A DNA stretch of 64,000 nucleotides, from assembly GCA_023898605.1 (NCBI GenBank), contig CP060230.1:131944-195943 (forward strand). Direction: 5' to 3'. Position 1 is the first letter of the stretch, and every line of letters starts with the position of its first letter. The notes under the pieces were generated by a model that was given only the letters and a program-made list of their open reading frames with translations, was not told the DNA's origin and ran no database searches. Below are positions 57,159 to 64,000 of this stretch, in pieces. The DNA comes from Candidatus Nomurabacteria bacterium. Lineage in GTDB: Bacteria > Patescibacteriota > Minisyncoccia > Phycocordibacterales > UBA9973. The position numbers and the translations under genes were made by a program.

Positions 57159-58112
57159 CTAAAGATAAAGGTCTTTGTTACGCTTGTGCTCTTCAAAGTC
57201 CTTGCCGTAGTGTATATTACCATCTTTGTCGTGCAAGTAGTAAAGATACGGAGATTCTACTGGGAAAAGAGCTGCTTCTATCGATTCTAATCCGGGATTT
57301 GTTATAGGAGACGGCGGAAGACCCCTGTTCTCGTATGTATTCCACGGTTCATCTATATCTAGGTCAGACAAGGTCAAGCTATCACTTCCCTTGCCATGAT
57401 AAACCAAGAAAGGCGCGTCGACTTGAAGTGCCATACCGATTCTTATCCTTTTCCAGAGTATGCCAGAGACAATTGGTCTTTCTTCTCCAAAATTTGTTTC
57501 TAGCTCTATGATGGACGCCATTGTTAGGATTTCGTTTTCTGTTTTGTCTCCAAGTATTTCTGGAGTAAACAAATCTTTTGTTTTCTTGTCGAAGTTTTCC
57601 AACATAACTTCCAATATATCTTCTTCGTTAGATTCTGGATCTACAAAATATGTGTCTGGAAAAAGTCTTCCTTCATAACTTTGTGAAATAGAAAAGAAAT
57701 TTTCTTTGTCAAAGTTTGGAAGAGATTTTTCAAATGCTTCTCCTATTTCGATAAAAGTATCACCCTCTTTGATAACAACCTTGGTTGAGTTTCTTTGTAG
57801 AAGATTATGACTTATATAGTAAGAGAGTTTTATTGTGTTCAGTGGCTGATTTATAGTGTAACTACCAGATTGTATAGACTTTTCTTTGCCAAAAATTTTC
57901 AGGAATACTAGAAAAACATACTTTTCTCTTATAACACCTATTTCTTCCAGGTCTTGTCCAACACTATACAGACTCTCGCCACTTTCTATAGAAAATTCTT
58001 TTGGATAATCAAAAAAATCTTTTGGCATACAAACCAAGAAGAGAAAAGCTATAACAGAAAGTAGTAGAAAAGAAGCAAAAACCTTTTTCTTGTGCGTAAG
58101 AATAAATTTCAT
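57159..58112 (-). CDS. mltG: Endolytic murein transglycosylase MltG (YceG family)
   Basis: N-terminal TM; ...YEGRLFPDTYFV... and ...GLPPSPITNPGLESIEAALFPVESPYLYYL... conserved MltG blocks. Confidence 0.8.
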   Translation of the reverse strand: MKFILTHKKKVFASFLLLSVIAFLFLVCMPKDFFDYPKEFSIESGESLYSVGQDLEEIGVIREKYVFLVFLKIFGKEKSIQSGSYTINQPLNTIKLSYYISHNLLQRNSTKVVIKEGDTFIEIGEAFEKSLPNFDKENFFSISQSYEGRLFPDTYFVDPESNEEDILEVMLENFDKKTKDLFTPEILGDKTENEILTMASIIELETNFGEERPIVSGILWKRIRIGMALQVDAPFLVYHGKGSDSLTLSDLDIDEPWNTYENRGLPPSPITNPGLESIEAALFPVESPYLYYLHDKDGNIHYGKDFEEHKRNKDLYL

Positions 58113-58114
58113 AT

Positions 58115-59368
58115 TTATATAGGTAGGTTAGCAGGAGGAGCAGATTTTTGTGACTCTATCCTATCGACAGTTGGAGTTGCAGCGACTCTACCCGGTATAT
58201 GGAATATAGTTGCAAGTTCTTCTGTTGTTAGAACAAATGGAGTTCTGTGTGCAGGATGATAGAAATATGCTCTTTGCTTGTAAAGTTCAAGCATAATTGT
58301 TTTTTTAAGAGATGCACCCTTTCCAGAAAAGTCTTGCCAAGGATAATCAAAAGTTGTAAAATTTGACGGTTTAAAACCATTTAAAGATTCTGAGTTGTAT
58401 TGTCTAACAACACTTGTGAGAGCTGGTATAACACTTGGATCAAACTTATCCTTAGCGGTGATATATAGGATTCTCATACCAGTATCAAATCCGGGTTTGT
58501 CGGCTGCTCTTTCTAGAGCGTTTATGATATTTTCTTCACCTTTTGTTAGTTTGAATTCGCTTCTTGCAGCCTCTCCTTCTCCTATCTTTCTAACACCCTT
58601 GCTCAAGAGTTCGTTCTTTAGTCTCTCGGTTTCTTTTTGCCATTTTTGTTTTGCGAGATATCCATCTTTGGTTGAATCTTTCTTATCTTTGTCGAATCTT
58701 TCCCAGTTAGACGGTCTTACCAGAATCTGAAACCATAATTGTTCACCTTCTTTTAGTGAACCGAAAAATTCAATCATAGGAGTTATCGGGTCTATCTTTT
58801 CCTCTTCTTCTAGGCTTCCTGTAGCTCTATCGAGACCGTAATCTACGTATGTTTTTATCGGATAGGCATCGTTTTTTGTAAGAGTAAATTCTGTACCTAT
58901 CATGCTCCATTCACCATTTTTATCATGAGGAGGAACTGCATAAGCATAATCTTCTCGTTCGAAAATCTCTACATTTGGATACTGAGCATACATCTGACTT
59001 TCTATAAGTCTTTTGAATTTTCTCTCTGTTCTTATAAAGAATCTGACTTTCCCTTCTATCGAAACGATCTCTAGAGAAAACCATGCTGGCACATTTCCGA
59101 GCCAGTATCTTTGGTACCAAGTACCGACGCCCCCAGACTGATAAAGCGCTGTTGTAAAAAATATTTCCATGGCCTGAGGAGATTTACTAACCTCTCTTGG
59201 GATAACAAGTTCTAGAAGAACCCAATCGATTTTTGAAATGTATTCTGTTCTGATATATCTAATCCATAAAAACCATGCGAACAAAAGTAGAGGAATAGTA
59301 AGCCAAAGCCAATAAAACCTTCCGGCTAAGGCAAAGAAATCAGATGTTAGTGATCCGAAAAATTCCAT
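58115..59368 (-). CDS. Hypothetical protein with N-terminal TM (417 aa)
   Basis: Long ORF co-directional with mltG; no family recognised. Confidence 0.45.
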   Translation of the reverse strand: MEFFGSLTSDFFALAGRFYWLWLTIPLLLFAWFLWIRYIRTEYISKIDWVLLELVIPREVSKSPQAMEIFFTTALYQSGGVGTWYQRYWLGNVPAWFSLEIVSIEGKVRFFIRTERKFKRLIESQMYAQYPNVEIFEREDYAYAVPPHDKNGEWSMIGTEFTLTKNDAYPIKTYVDYGLDRATGSLEEEEKIDPITPMIEFFGSLKEGEQLWFQILVRPSNWERFDKDKKDSTKDGYLAKQKWQKETERLKNELLSKGVRKIGEGEAARSEFKLTKGEENIINALERAADKPGFDTGMRILYITAKDKFDPSVIPALTSVVRQYNSESLNGFKPSNFTTFDYPWQDFSGKGASLKKTIMLELYKQRAYFYHPAHRTPFVLTTEELATIFHIPGRVAATPTVDRIESQKSAPPANLPI

Positions 59369-59392
59369 ATATATAAAATTATATCACAGAGA

Positions 59393-59962
59393 TTAGTACT
59401 TTACAGGCAAAACGTAAGTGAGTAGTGGATCTTCGTCTGCAACCTGTTGATGAGTGAAAAGTATGTATCCTTCTTTCTCACCACCTGCACCAGTAAATGT
59501 AAGGTTCGCTTCAAAATATACCGGACCTGCTGTCATCCAGTCTGTAGTTGTGTTCATTATTGCAGGACTACTTATCTTGTTTCCTGTTTCTAGGTCATAG
59601 AGTTCTGCTACGCCAACATTGGCCTCAAACGCACCCCAACCACAACCGTCAGTGTTTCCCTCTATAAGAAGTGGCGAAGTTATAGTTTCTCCTTCTGCCA
59701 GATCTTTGAGATAAAATCCGCAAGTACTTGTAGCTTCTGGATATTCTCCAGCGTTTTCTGATGTACTTTTAGAAGAACCTATTTCTTCTATTCTTTTTTC
59801 TGTCTCGTTTGTTATTGCTCCGATTGAGTCTTGATCATATATATCATCTACAACCAAAGAGCCATCTTGGAAAAACCCGATAGCTAAAAATACCAAAACA
59901 AAACCGACTATTATAAGAATGATGTTTATAAAACCGGATTGTTTGTTTGTATTAGATTGCAT
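59393..59962 (-). CDS. Hypothetical secreted/membrane-anchored protein (189 aa)
   Basis: N-terminal TM then an acidic/Gly-rich domain; no motif recognised. Confidence 0.4.
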   Translation of the reverse strand: MQSNTNKQSGFINIILIIVGFVLVFLAIGFFQDGSLVVDDIYDQDSIGAITNETEKRIEEIGSSKSTSENAGEYPEATSTCGFYLKDLAEGETITSPLLIEGNTDGCGWGAFEANVGVAELYDLETGNKISSPAIMNTTTDWMTAGPVYFEANLTFTGAGGEKEGYILFTHQQVADEDPLLTYVLPVKY

Positions 59963-60977
59963 GATATAGACCGTTTTTGTCTTTCTTGAAGTATTTTGAG
60001 TTTTGTAGATTTACAAGAATAGTGTTTCTTTTTAGATATCTTTCTTTTAGAACTTTTTCTACAACTTCTTCCTTTGTCATAGGACCTTCTTTTACAAGAA
60101 TTTCTTTTATAACTTCTCTAACTATTCCTGGTTTGTATCCCCAATCAGAAATGCTGTACATACCTCTACCAATCAAAACAAATCTATCGTCTTTGATAAG
60201 TTCGTTGTGACATGTAGCTGTGTGACATTTCTTTCCGAAGTCTTTTTGGATAGCTTTTGCTACTTCTGTGAAGTGCATAGGTGAACCATTCTTTCTCATA
60301 GTAAGGTATGCGTAGTCCTTGATACCTCTAACTTTGATACCTGAAGAATCAGATTTGCCCCATTCTCCTAGTGGGTTTGCTTTTACTTTCTTAGAGAGAG
60401 TTAGCCATCTTTTTGCTATTTCTTCTTTCTTGTATTCTTCTCTTATGTCTTGTAGAGATTCGATAAATCTTTTTACGACGTCGTTTTCAGTTAGAAGTTC
60501 TGCGTCGTCTAGAGATGCATATAGTCCTTTTAGTGCTGTGTGGATCTTTTCAGAAAGCCCTTTGTCGATAGTCCATCTTGATCTTAGGTGATCATCTTCT
60601 TTGAATTTGTGGAATCTGTCCTCAAGAACTAGATAGAAGTGTATATGATTTTGAACTACAGGATCTTTGGATATGTGGTTTAGTAGATCTTCTTCAGCCA
60701 CAACTAGACCCATGTCTTTTACTATTCTATGAAGTTCTTCGAAAATACCGTCGAACTCTTTCATTTCTCCACTTTTTCTTATTGAGTTGATAGCGGCATT
60801 CTCTATTTGTCTTACTCTTTCTCTTGTAATGCCGTATTTTTGACCTATAGATTCGAGAGTTCTTCTGTCTCCGTCTTCTAGGCCATATCTAGCAACAATA
60901 ACGTCATAACTCCTGTTTTTTAGGGGTGAAATGATCTTTTTTGTTACTTGCTTTGGTTTAAAACTGATAACTGACAT
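59952..60977 (-). CDS. DNA-binding protein: N-terminal sigma-70 region-4-like HTH plus C-terminal HARE-HTH-like motif
   Basis: LESIGQKYGITRERVRQIENAA (region-4-like); C-terminal ...GSPMHFTEVAKAIQ...RFVLIGRGMYSISDW resembles the HARE-HTH (G-PMH-..I....F...GRG.Y.L..W) pattern. Confidence 0.4.
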   Translation of the reverse strand: MSVISFKPKQVTKKIISPLKNRSYDVIVARYGLEDGDRRTLESIGQKYGITRERVRQIENAAINSIRKSGEMKEFDGIFEELHRIVKDMGLVVAEEDLLNHISKDPVVQNHIHFYLVLEDRFHKFKEDDHLRSRWTIDKGLSEKIHTALKGLYASLDDAELLTENDVVKRFIESLQDIREEYKKEEIAKRWLTLSKKVKANPLGEWGKSDSSGIKVRGIKDYAYLTMRKNGSPMHFTEVAKAIQKDFGKKCHTATCHNELIKDDRFVLIGRGMYSISDWGYKPGIVREVIKEILVKEGPMTKEEVVEKVLKERYLKRNTILVNLQNSKYFKKDKNGLYHAI

Positions 60978-61050
60978 AGGGCTATATATGCTTGATTAAA
61001 TTTGTATTCTGAAATATTACACTATTTTCAGAATAAGTCAAATATATATA

Positions 61051-61078
61051 AAACCCCGCCGAGGATACGGCGGGGGTT
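61051..61078. terminator. Hairpin repeat copy 1: aaaaCCCCGCCGaggataCGGCGGGGgtt
   Basis: 8-bp GC stem with loop aggata; a near-identical copy sits at 61601-61635. Confidence 0.65.
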
Positions 61079-61108
61079 ATGTGCTAGTTAACATTTTTAT
61101 ACAAAGAT

Positions 61109-61546
61109 TTATTGATCTTCCGTGGATAAATAACAGAAGCTGATTAAGCTGTAAGAAAAATATACAAAAGAAAAAGTAAAGAACCTTGCTTCGATTAACT
61201 TCTGATTATGATCAGAAGGAATTTTTTCTTTTTGCAAAAAACAAAAACCAATTTTTTGAGAAGAAACCTTACCGGCATTTTGATACAAAGCTAATCCAAA
61301 AAGTCCAAAAGCATAAACTCCTGCGTCTTGAAATATAGGAAAAAGTGAGTACACACTCCCGTCAGGATTATATCCACCCCAAATAGAGTAAATATTTCCT
61401 CCAACTTTCCACGTATAACAAAAAACAAGGATAATTAAAACTTTTTCTAATTGACTATAATCTGACATAAAACCAGGAAAAAAATCTTTAGACAAATGAT
61501 ATGTTAACAATGTAGTAATAAAACTCAGAAAAAAGTTTTGATTCAT
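61109..61546 (-). CDS. Hypothetical membrane protein (145 aa)
   Basis: ORF bracketed by two near-identical hairpins; Trp/Tyr/Phe-rich, several TM segments. Confidence 0.4.
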   Translation of the reverse strand: MNQNFFLSFITTLLTYHLSKDFFPGFMSDYSQLEKVLIILVFCYTWKVGGNIYSIWGGYNPDGSVYSLFPIFQDAGVYAFGLFGLALYQNAGKVSSQKIGFCFLQKEKIPSDHNQKLIEARFFTFSFVYFSYSLISFCYLSTEDQ

Positions 61547-61600
61547 TTACAAAGTTTTTTTTGACATTATAACAACTTTATAGTTTTGTCAATATAAAAC

Positions 61601-61635
61601 CCCGCAGAGGATACGGCGGGGGTTTATGGCTTAGA
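61601..61635. terminator. Hairpin repeat copy 2: aaaaCCCCGCAGaggataCGGCGGGGGttt (rseP terminator)
   Basis: One mismatch relative to copy 1; 33 of 35 flanking nt are shared. Confidence 0.65.
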
Positions 61636-62713
61636 GGGCGATTATGTCCTTGATACTTATGAAAACCATGAGAAGTATGAGGATCAAGAATCCTATAGTA
61701 TTGACCCACTGGAATATCTTGGGTGGTATTCTTTTCTTGGTTATAGACTCGATTATAACGAATAGTAGTCTTCCTCCATCTAGTGCTGGAAATGGTATCA
61801 AGTTTAGTATCACGAGGTTGATAGATATAAGTGCTGTGAAAAATAGGATGTAAGAGAATCCTAGAGAACTGGCCTCGCTTAGAACAGGAACAATACCGAT
61901 AGGTCCAGATATTGTAGAAAGATCTGTTCCACCGCTAAATATTCCTACGAAACCTTTCCATATTTCTCTAGTTAGTTCGATAGATCTACCAAATCCTTTG
62001 TAGAAAGATTCGAAGAATCCATACTTAACAAACTCAAACATACTCATTCCAACTCCTATAACATAAGAAGAGTTATCTTCTCTATATTCTGGAATCACAG
62101 AAAACGAAAGTTCTTGTCCTCCCCTTTCTACTGCCAGAAGAATTGGCTTACCAGAAGAGTCTTTGACCGAAGACTGAAACTCACCGACAGTTGGTGTTTC
62201 TATAACAGTGTCTTCTATTGTTAGACTTTTTACAACGTCACCAGAAAGTATTCCCGATGTGTATGCTGGAGAGTCAGGAGAAACTTCTGTTATGAGTAGT
62301 GAAGCATCGACAGAAGAAGATTCAGATCCATAAGAATAAACTCCGATCATAAATGTAAAAGATAGAAGTATCCAAGCCACGATGAAGTTCATAAACACTC
62401 CGGCTAGAAGTGTCGCAGCTTGTGCATACTTGGGCGCTTTTGAGAAACTTCCAACATCTTCTTTTGTATCGCGTTTTTCTCCCCCATCTTCTTCTATATA
62501 ATTTTCTCCAAATATTTTTACAAAACCTCCAAACGGTATGTAGTTCAGTGTATAAACTGTCTCTCCGCGCCTGAAAAGTGTCACAGCTCTCGGTGGAAAT
62601 CCGATACCAAACTCGTCTACTCGTATTTTGAAAAACTTAGCAACGATAAGATGCCCAAACTCGTGGACCAAAATCAAGAAGAATAGTACAACGATAAGTA
62701 GTAAAACTCCCAT
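61631..62713 (-). CDS. rseP: Site-2 protease RseP (M50 zinc metalloprotease with PDZ domain)
   Basis: HEFGHLIVAKFF (HExxH), PDZ segment, LNLIPFPALDGGRL motif. Confidence 0.9.
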   Translation of the reverse strand: MGVLLLIVVLFFLILVHEFGHLIVAKFFKIRVDEFGIGFPPRAVTLFRRGETVYTLNYIPFGGFVKIFGENYIEEDGGEKRDTKEDVGSFSKAPKYAQAATLLAGVFMNFIVAWILLSFTFMIGVYSYGSESSSVDASLLITEVSPDSPAYTSGILSGDVVKSLTIEDTVIETPTVGEFQSSVKDSSGKPILLAVERGGQELSFSVIPEYREDNSSYVIGVGMSMFEFVKYGFFESFYKGFGRSIELTREIWKGFVGIFSGGTDLSTISGPIGIVPVLSEASSLGFSYILFFTALISINLVILNLIPFPALDGGRLLFVIIESITKKRIPPKIFQWVNTIGFLILILLMVFISIKDIIAL

Positions 62714-62715
62714 GA

Positions 62716-63270
62716 CTAACCATTCATTATGTCGTTCTTTTTCTTATCAAAAATTCCTTCTAGTCCAGAATTTCCAGCGTCTACAGATTTTTGGATATTT
62801 TCTTTTGCTCTTTCCCAATCATCTTCTGTCATCGTTTTGTCTTTTTTCATACTGTCTATTTCGCTTATAGCTTTTTCGCGAACTTTTCTGATTGAGATTC
62901 TAGCTTCTTCTAGTCTTCCACCTAGGATTTTTACAAGCTTTTCTTTTCCTTCTGTTGTAACTTGTGGAAATATAACTCTCAATCCTTCGTCATCTACAGA
63001 TGTAGAAAGTCCGAGATCAGAAGAAACGATAGATTTTTCTATTTCTTTTATAAGAGTTTTGTCCCAAGGAGAGATTCTCAGTGTTTTACTATCTTCTATC
63101 GATATAGACGCCACATTCTTTACTGGTGTACGTGCTCCATAAGAGTTTACAGAAATACCGTCTAGGATTTGTGGGCTAGCTTTTCCAGTGTGCACAGCAC
63201 TGTACTCTTTGGAAAGCCAAGCTTCTACTTCTTTTAATTCATTATCAAATTGTTTTATATCAAATGCCAT
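62716..63270 (-). CDS. frr: Ribosome recycling factor
   Basis: Frr family similarity across its length (...KASPQILDGISV...RISIRKVREKA...); start taken at the internal Met MAFDIKQ. Confidence 0.88.
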   Translation of the reverse strand: MAFDIKQFDNELKEVEAWLSKEYSAVHTGKASPQILDGISVNSYGARTPVKNVASISIEDSKTLRISPWDKTLIKEIEKSIVSSDLGLSTSVDDEGLRVIFPQVTTEGKEKLVKILGGRLEEARISIRKVREKAISEIDSMKKDKTMTEDDWERAKENIQKSVDAGNSGLEGIFDKKKNDIMNG

Positions 63271-63324
63271 ATACAAAAATGTACACTTTTTAGAGAACCT
63301 CGGCAAGGTGTTAGTAAAAATTTT

Positions 63325-63963
63325 CTATTCAATAGAAAGCGAAAGCATTTCTATAAGGTGCTTTCTAGAAGAAAGTCCTTTTTTGAGCATCTTACTTGTT
63401 TCAAAAAGTGTTTTTAGATTATCTTCTCGTGGATTTGTCTCGATTATTTCTTTGTAAATATCTTCCATTATGTTTTCTAGTGTGTCTATATCTTCTTCGT
63501 ATTTTGTAAGCAAATCAATTCTTTCTTTTGGAGAAAGTTTCAGAAAAGAATCTACGATTCTAGAATTTCTTTCTTTTTCGAAAACTGGGAGGCATATCAT
63601 TCTAGACTGAAGTGTTTCCGATATATAGTCTTTGTTTTTTGTCTGAAGTATCACGATACTGTGACCTTCTAGCTCTTCTACAACTTTTAAAAGCACGTCT
63701 TGTGATTCTCTTTTCATCTTGGAGAAACAAAGTAGTCCAACCTTTTTGTAATCTAGATTTATTGGTTTGAGTAAAAGCCAGTTTTTGAAGTTGATCGCGT
63801 CTTCTAGGAGAATCTCTTCTTTTTCAAATATAAGAAAATCTTGTGAGAGATCTTTTATAAGACCACTTTCAGAAAGAGATTTTTTTGTATATTCGATAGC
63901 GCTGTCTTTGGATCCAGTCAGTATAATTTTGTTGAAGTTTTTTAAAACGTTTTTTAGATCCAT
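63325..63963 (-). CDS. DNA polymerase III delta-prime-like (clamp-loader AAA+-like, degenerate) protein
   Basis: ...QDVLLKVVEELEGHSIVILQTKNKDYISETLQSRMICLPV resembles the QNALLKTLEEPP...FIL.T....LL.TI.SRC block of HolB/HolA-like clamp-loader subunits. Confidence 0.4.
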   Translation of the reverse strand: MDLKNVLKNFNKIILTGSKDSAIEYTKKSLSESGLIKDLSQDFLIFEKEEILLEDAINFKNWLLLKPINLDYKKVGLLCFSKMKRESQDVLLKVVEELEGHSIVILQTKNKDYISETLQSRMICLPVFEKERNSRIVDSFLKLSPKERIDLLTKYEEDIDTLENIMEDIYKEIIETNPREDNLKTLFETSKMLKKGLSSRKHLIEMLSLSIE

Positions 63964-64000
63964 TTTATTTTTTAGAGATTATCGCTCTCTTGTATTCGTC

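Overview
This 64 kb window reads as low-GC (~35%) bacterial chromosome with tightly packed, mostly minus-strand housekeeping genes. The gene content is consistent with a small-genome lineage: split transketolase, an indirect Asn/Gln pathway via GatB plus a short AspRS, a C-terminally short AlaRS, and little Shine-Dalgarno signal. That lineage reading is inference.

Syntenic blocks, in order:
- Pentose-phosphate and glycolysis: split tkt, rpe-like, rpiB, gap.
- gatB, a PBP5-type carboxypeptidase, scpB, scpA, aspS, trpS, then dnaB, recR, rplU, cysS.
- The dnaJ-dnaK-grpE chaperone operon, with a divergent PaaX-like regulator.
- A ribosomal cluster (rpsI, rplM, rplQ, rpoA, rpsD, rpsK, rpsM, rpmJ, infA) and a complete F1Fo ATP synthase operon (atpZ/I-B-E-F-H-A-G-D-C).
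- An ABC exporter, then a roughly 6 kb accessory stretch: cupin, a Cys-rich secreted protein, TspO, a DUF2726 nuclease-like protein, a fatty-acid desaturase, many small membrane proteins, and a 640 nt structured non-coding region.
- tRNA-Ile(GAU) with partial tandem duplications, then prmC, prfA, rpmE, a coiled-coil lytic transglycosylase and rplY.
- An FAD-linked oxidase, a retron-type reverse transcriptase with an upstream candidate msr/msd RNA, and alaS.
- EamA, MgtC, mnmA, a DEDDh exonuclease, mltG, rseP, frr and a delta-prime-like protein.

Main finds from the hunt:
- A retron-like unit at about 50.8-52.26 kb. The RT carries Ec86-like motifs and lies downstream of a 9 bp a1/a2-type inverted repeat plus a 16 bp long-range inverted repeat. 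It has its own promoters and terminators, and an FAD-linked oxidase sits immediately downstream.
- An ~0.9 kb island of about 55% GC (11.19-12.02 kb) encoding an unrecognisable 274-aa protein, isolated between two terminators.
- An SRPBCC-fold gene enclosed by two nested, perfect 17 bp inverted repeats, next to an unexplained GC-rich 140 nt block.
- Two single-gene cassettes, each bracketed by a near-identical terminator hairpin.
- A palindromic operator at a perfect-consensus promoter in the grpE / PaaX-like divergent region, with no CIRCE element.
- A tRNA-Ile locus with tandem partial duplications, which looks like an integration or excision scar.
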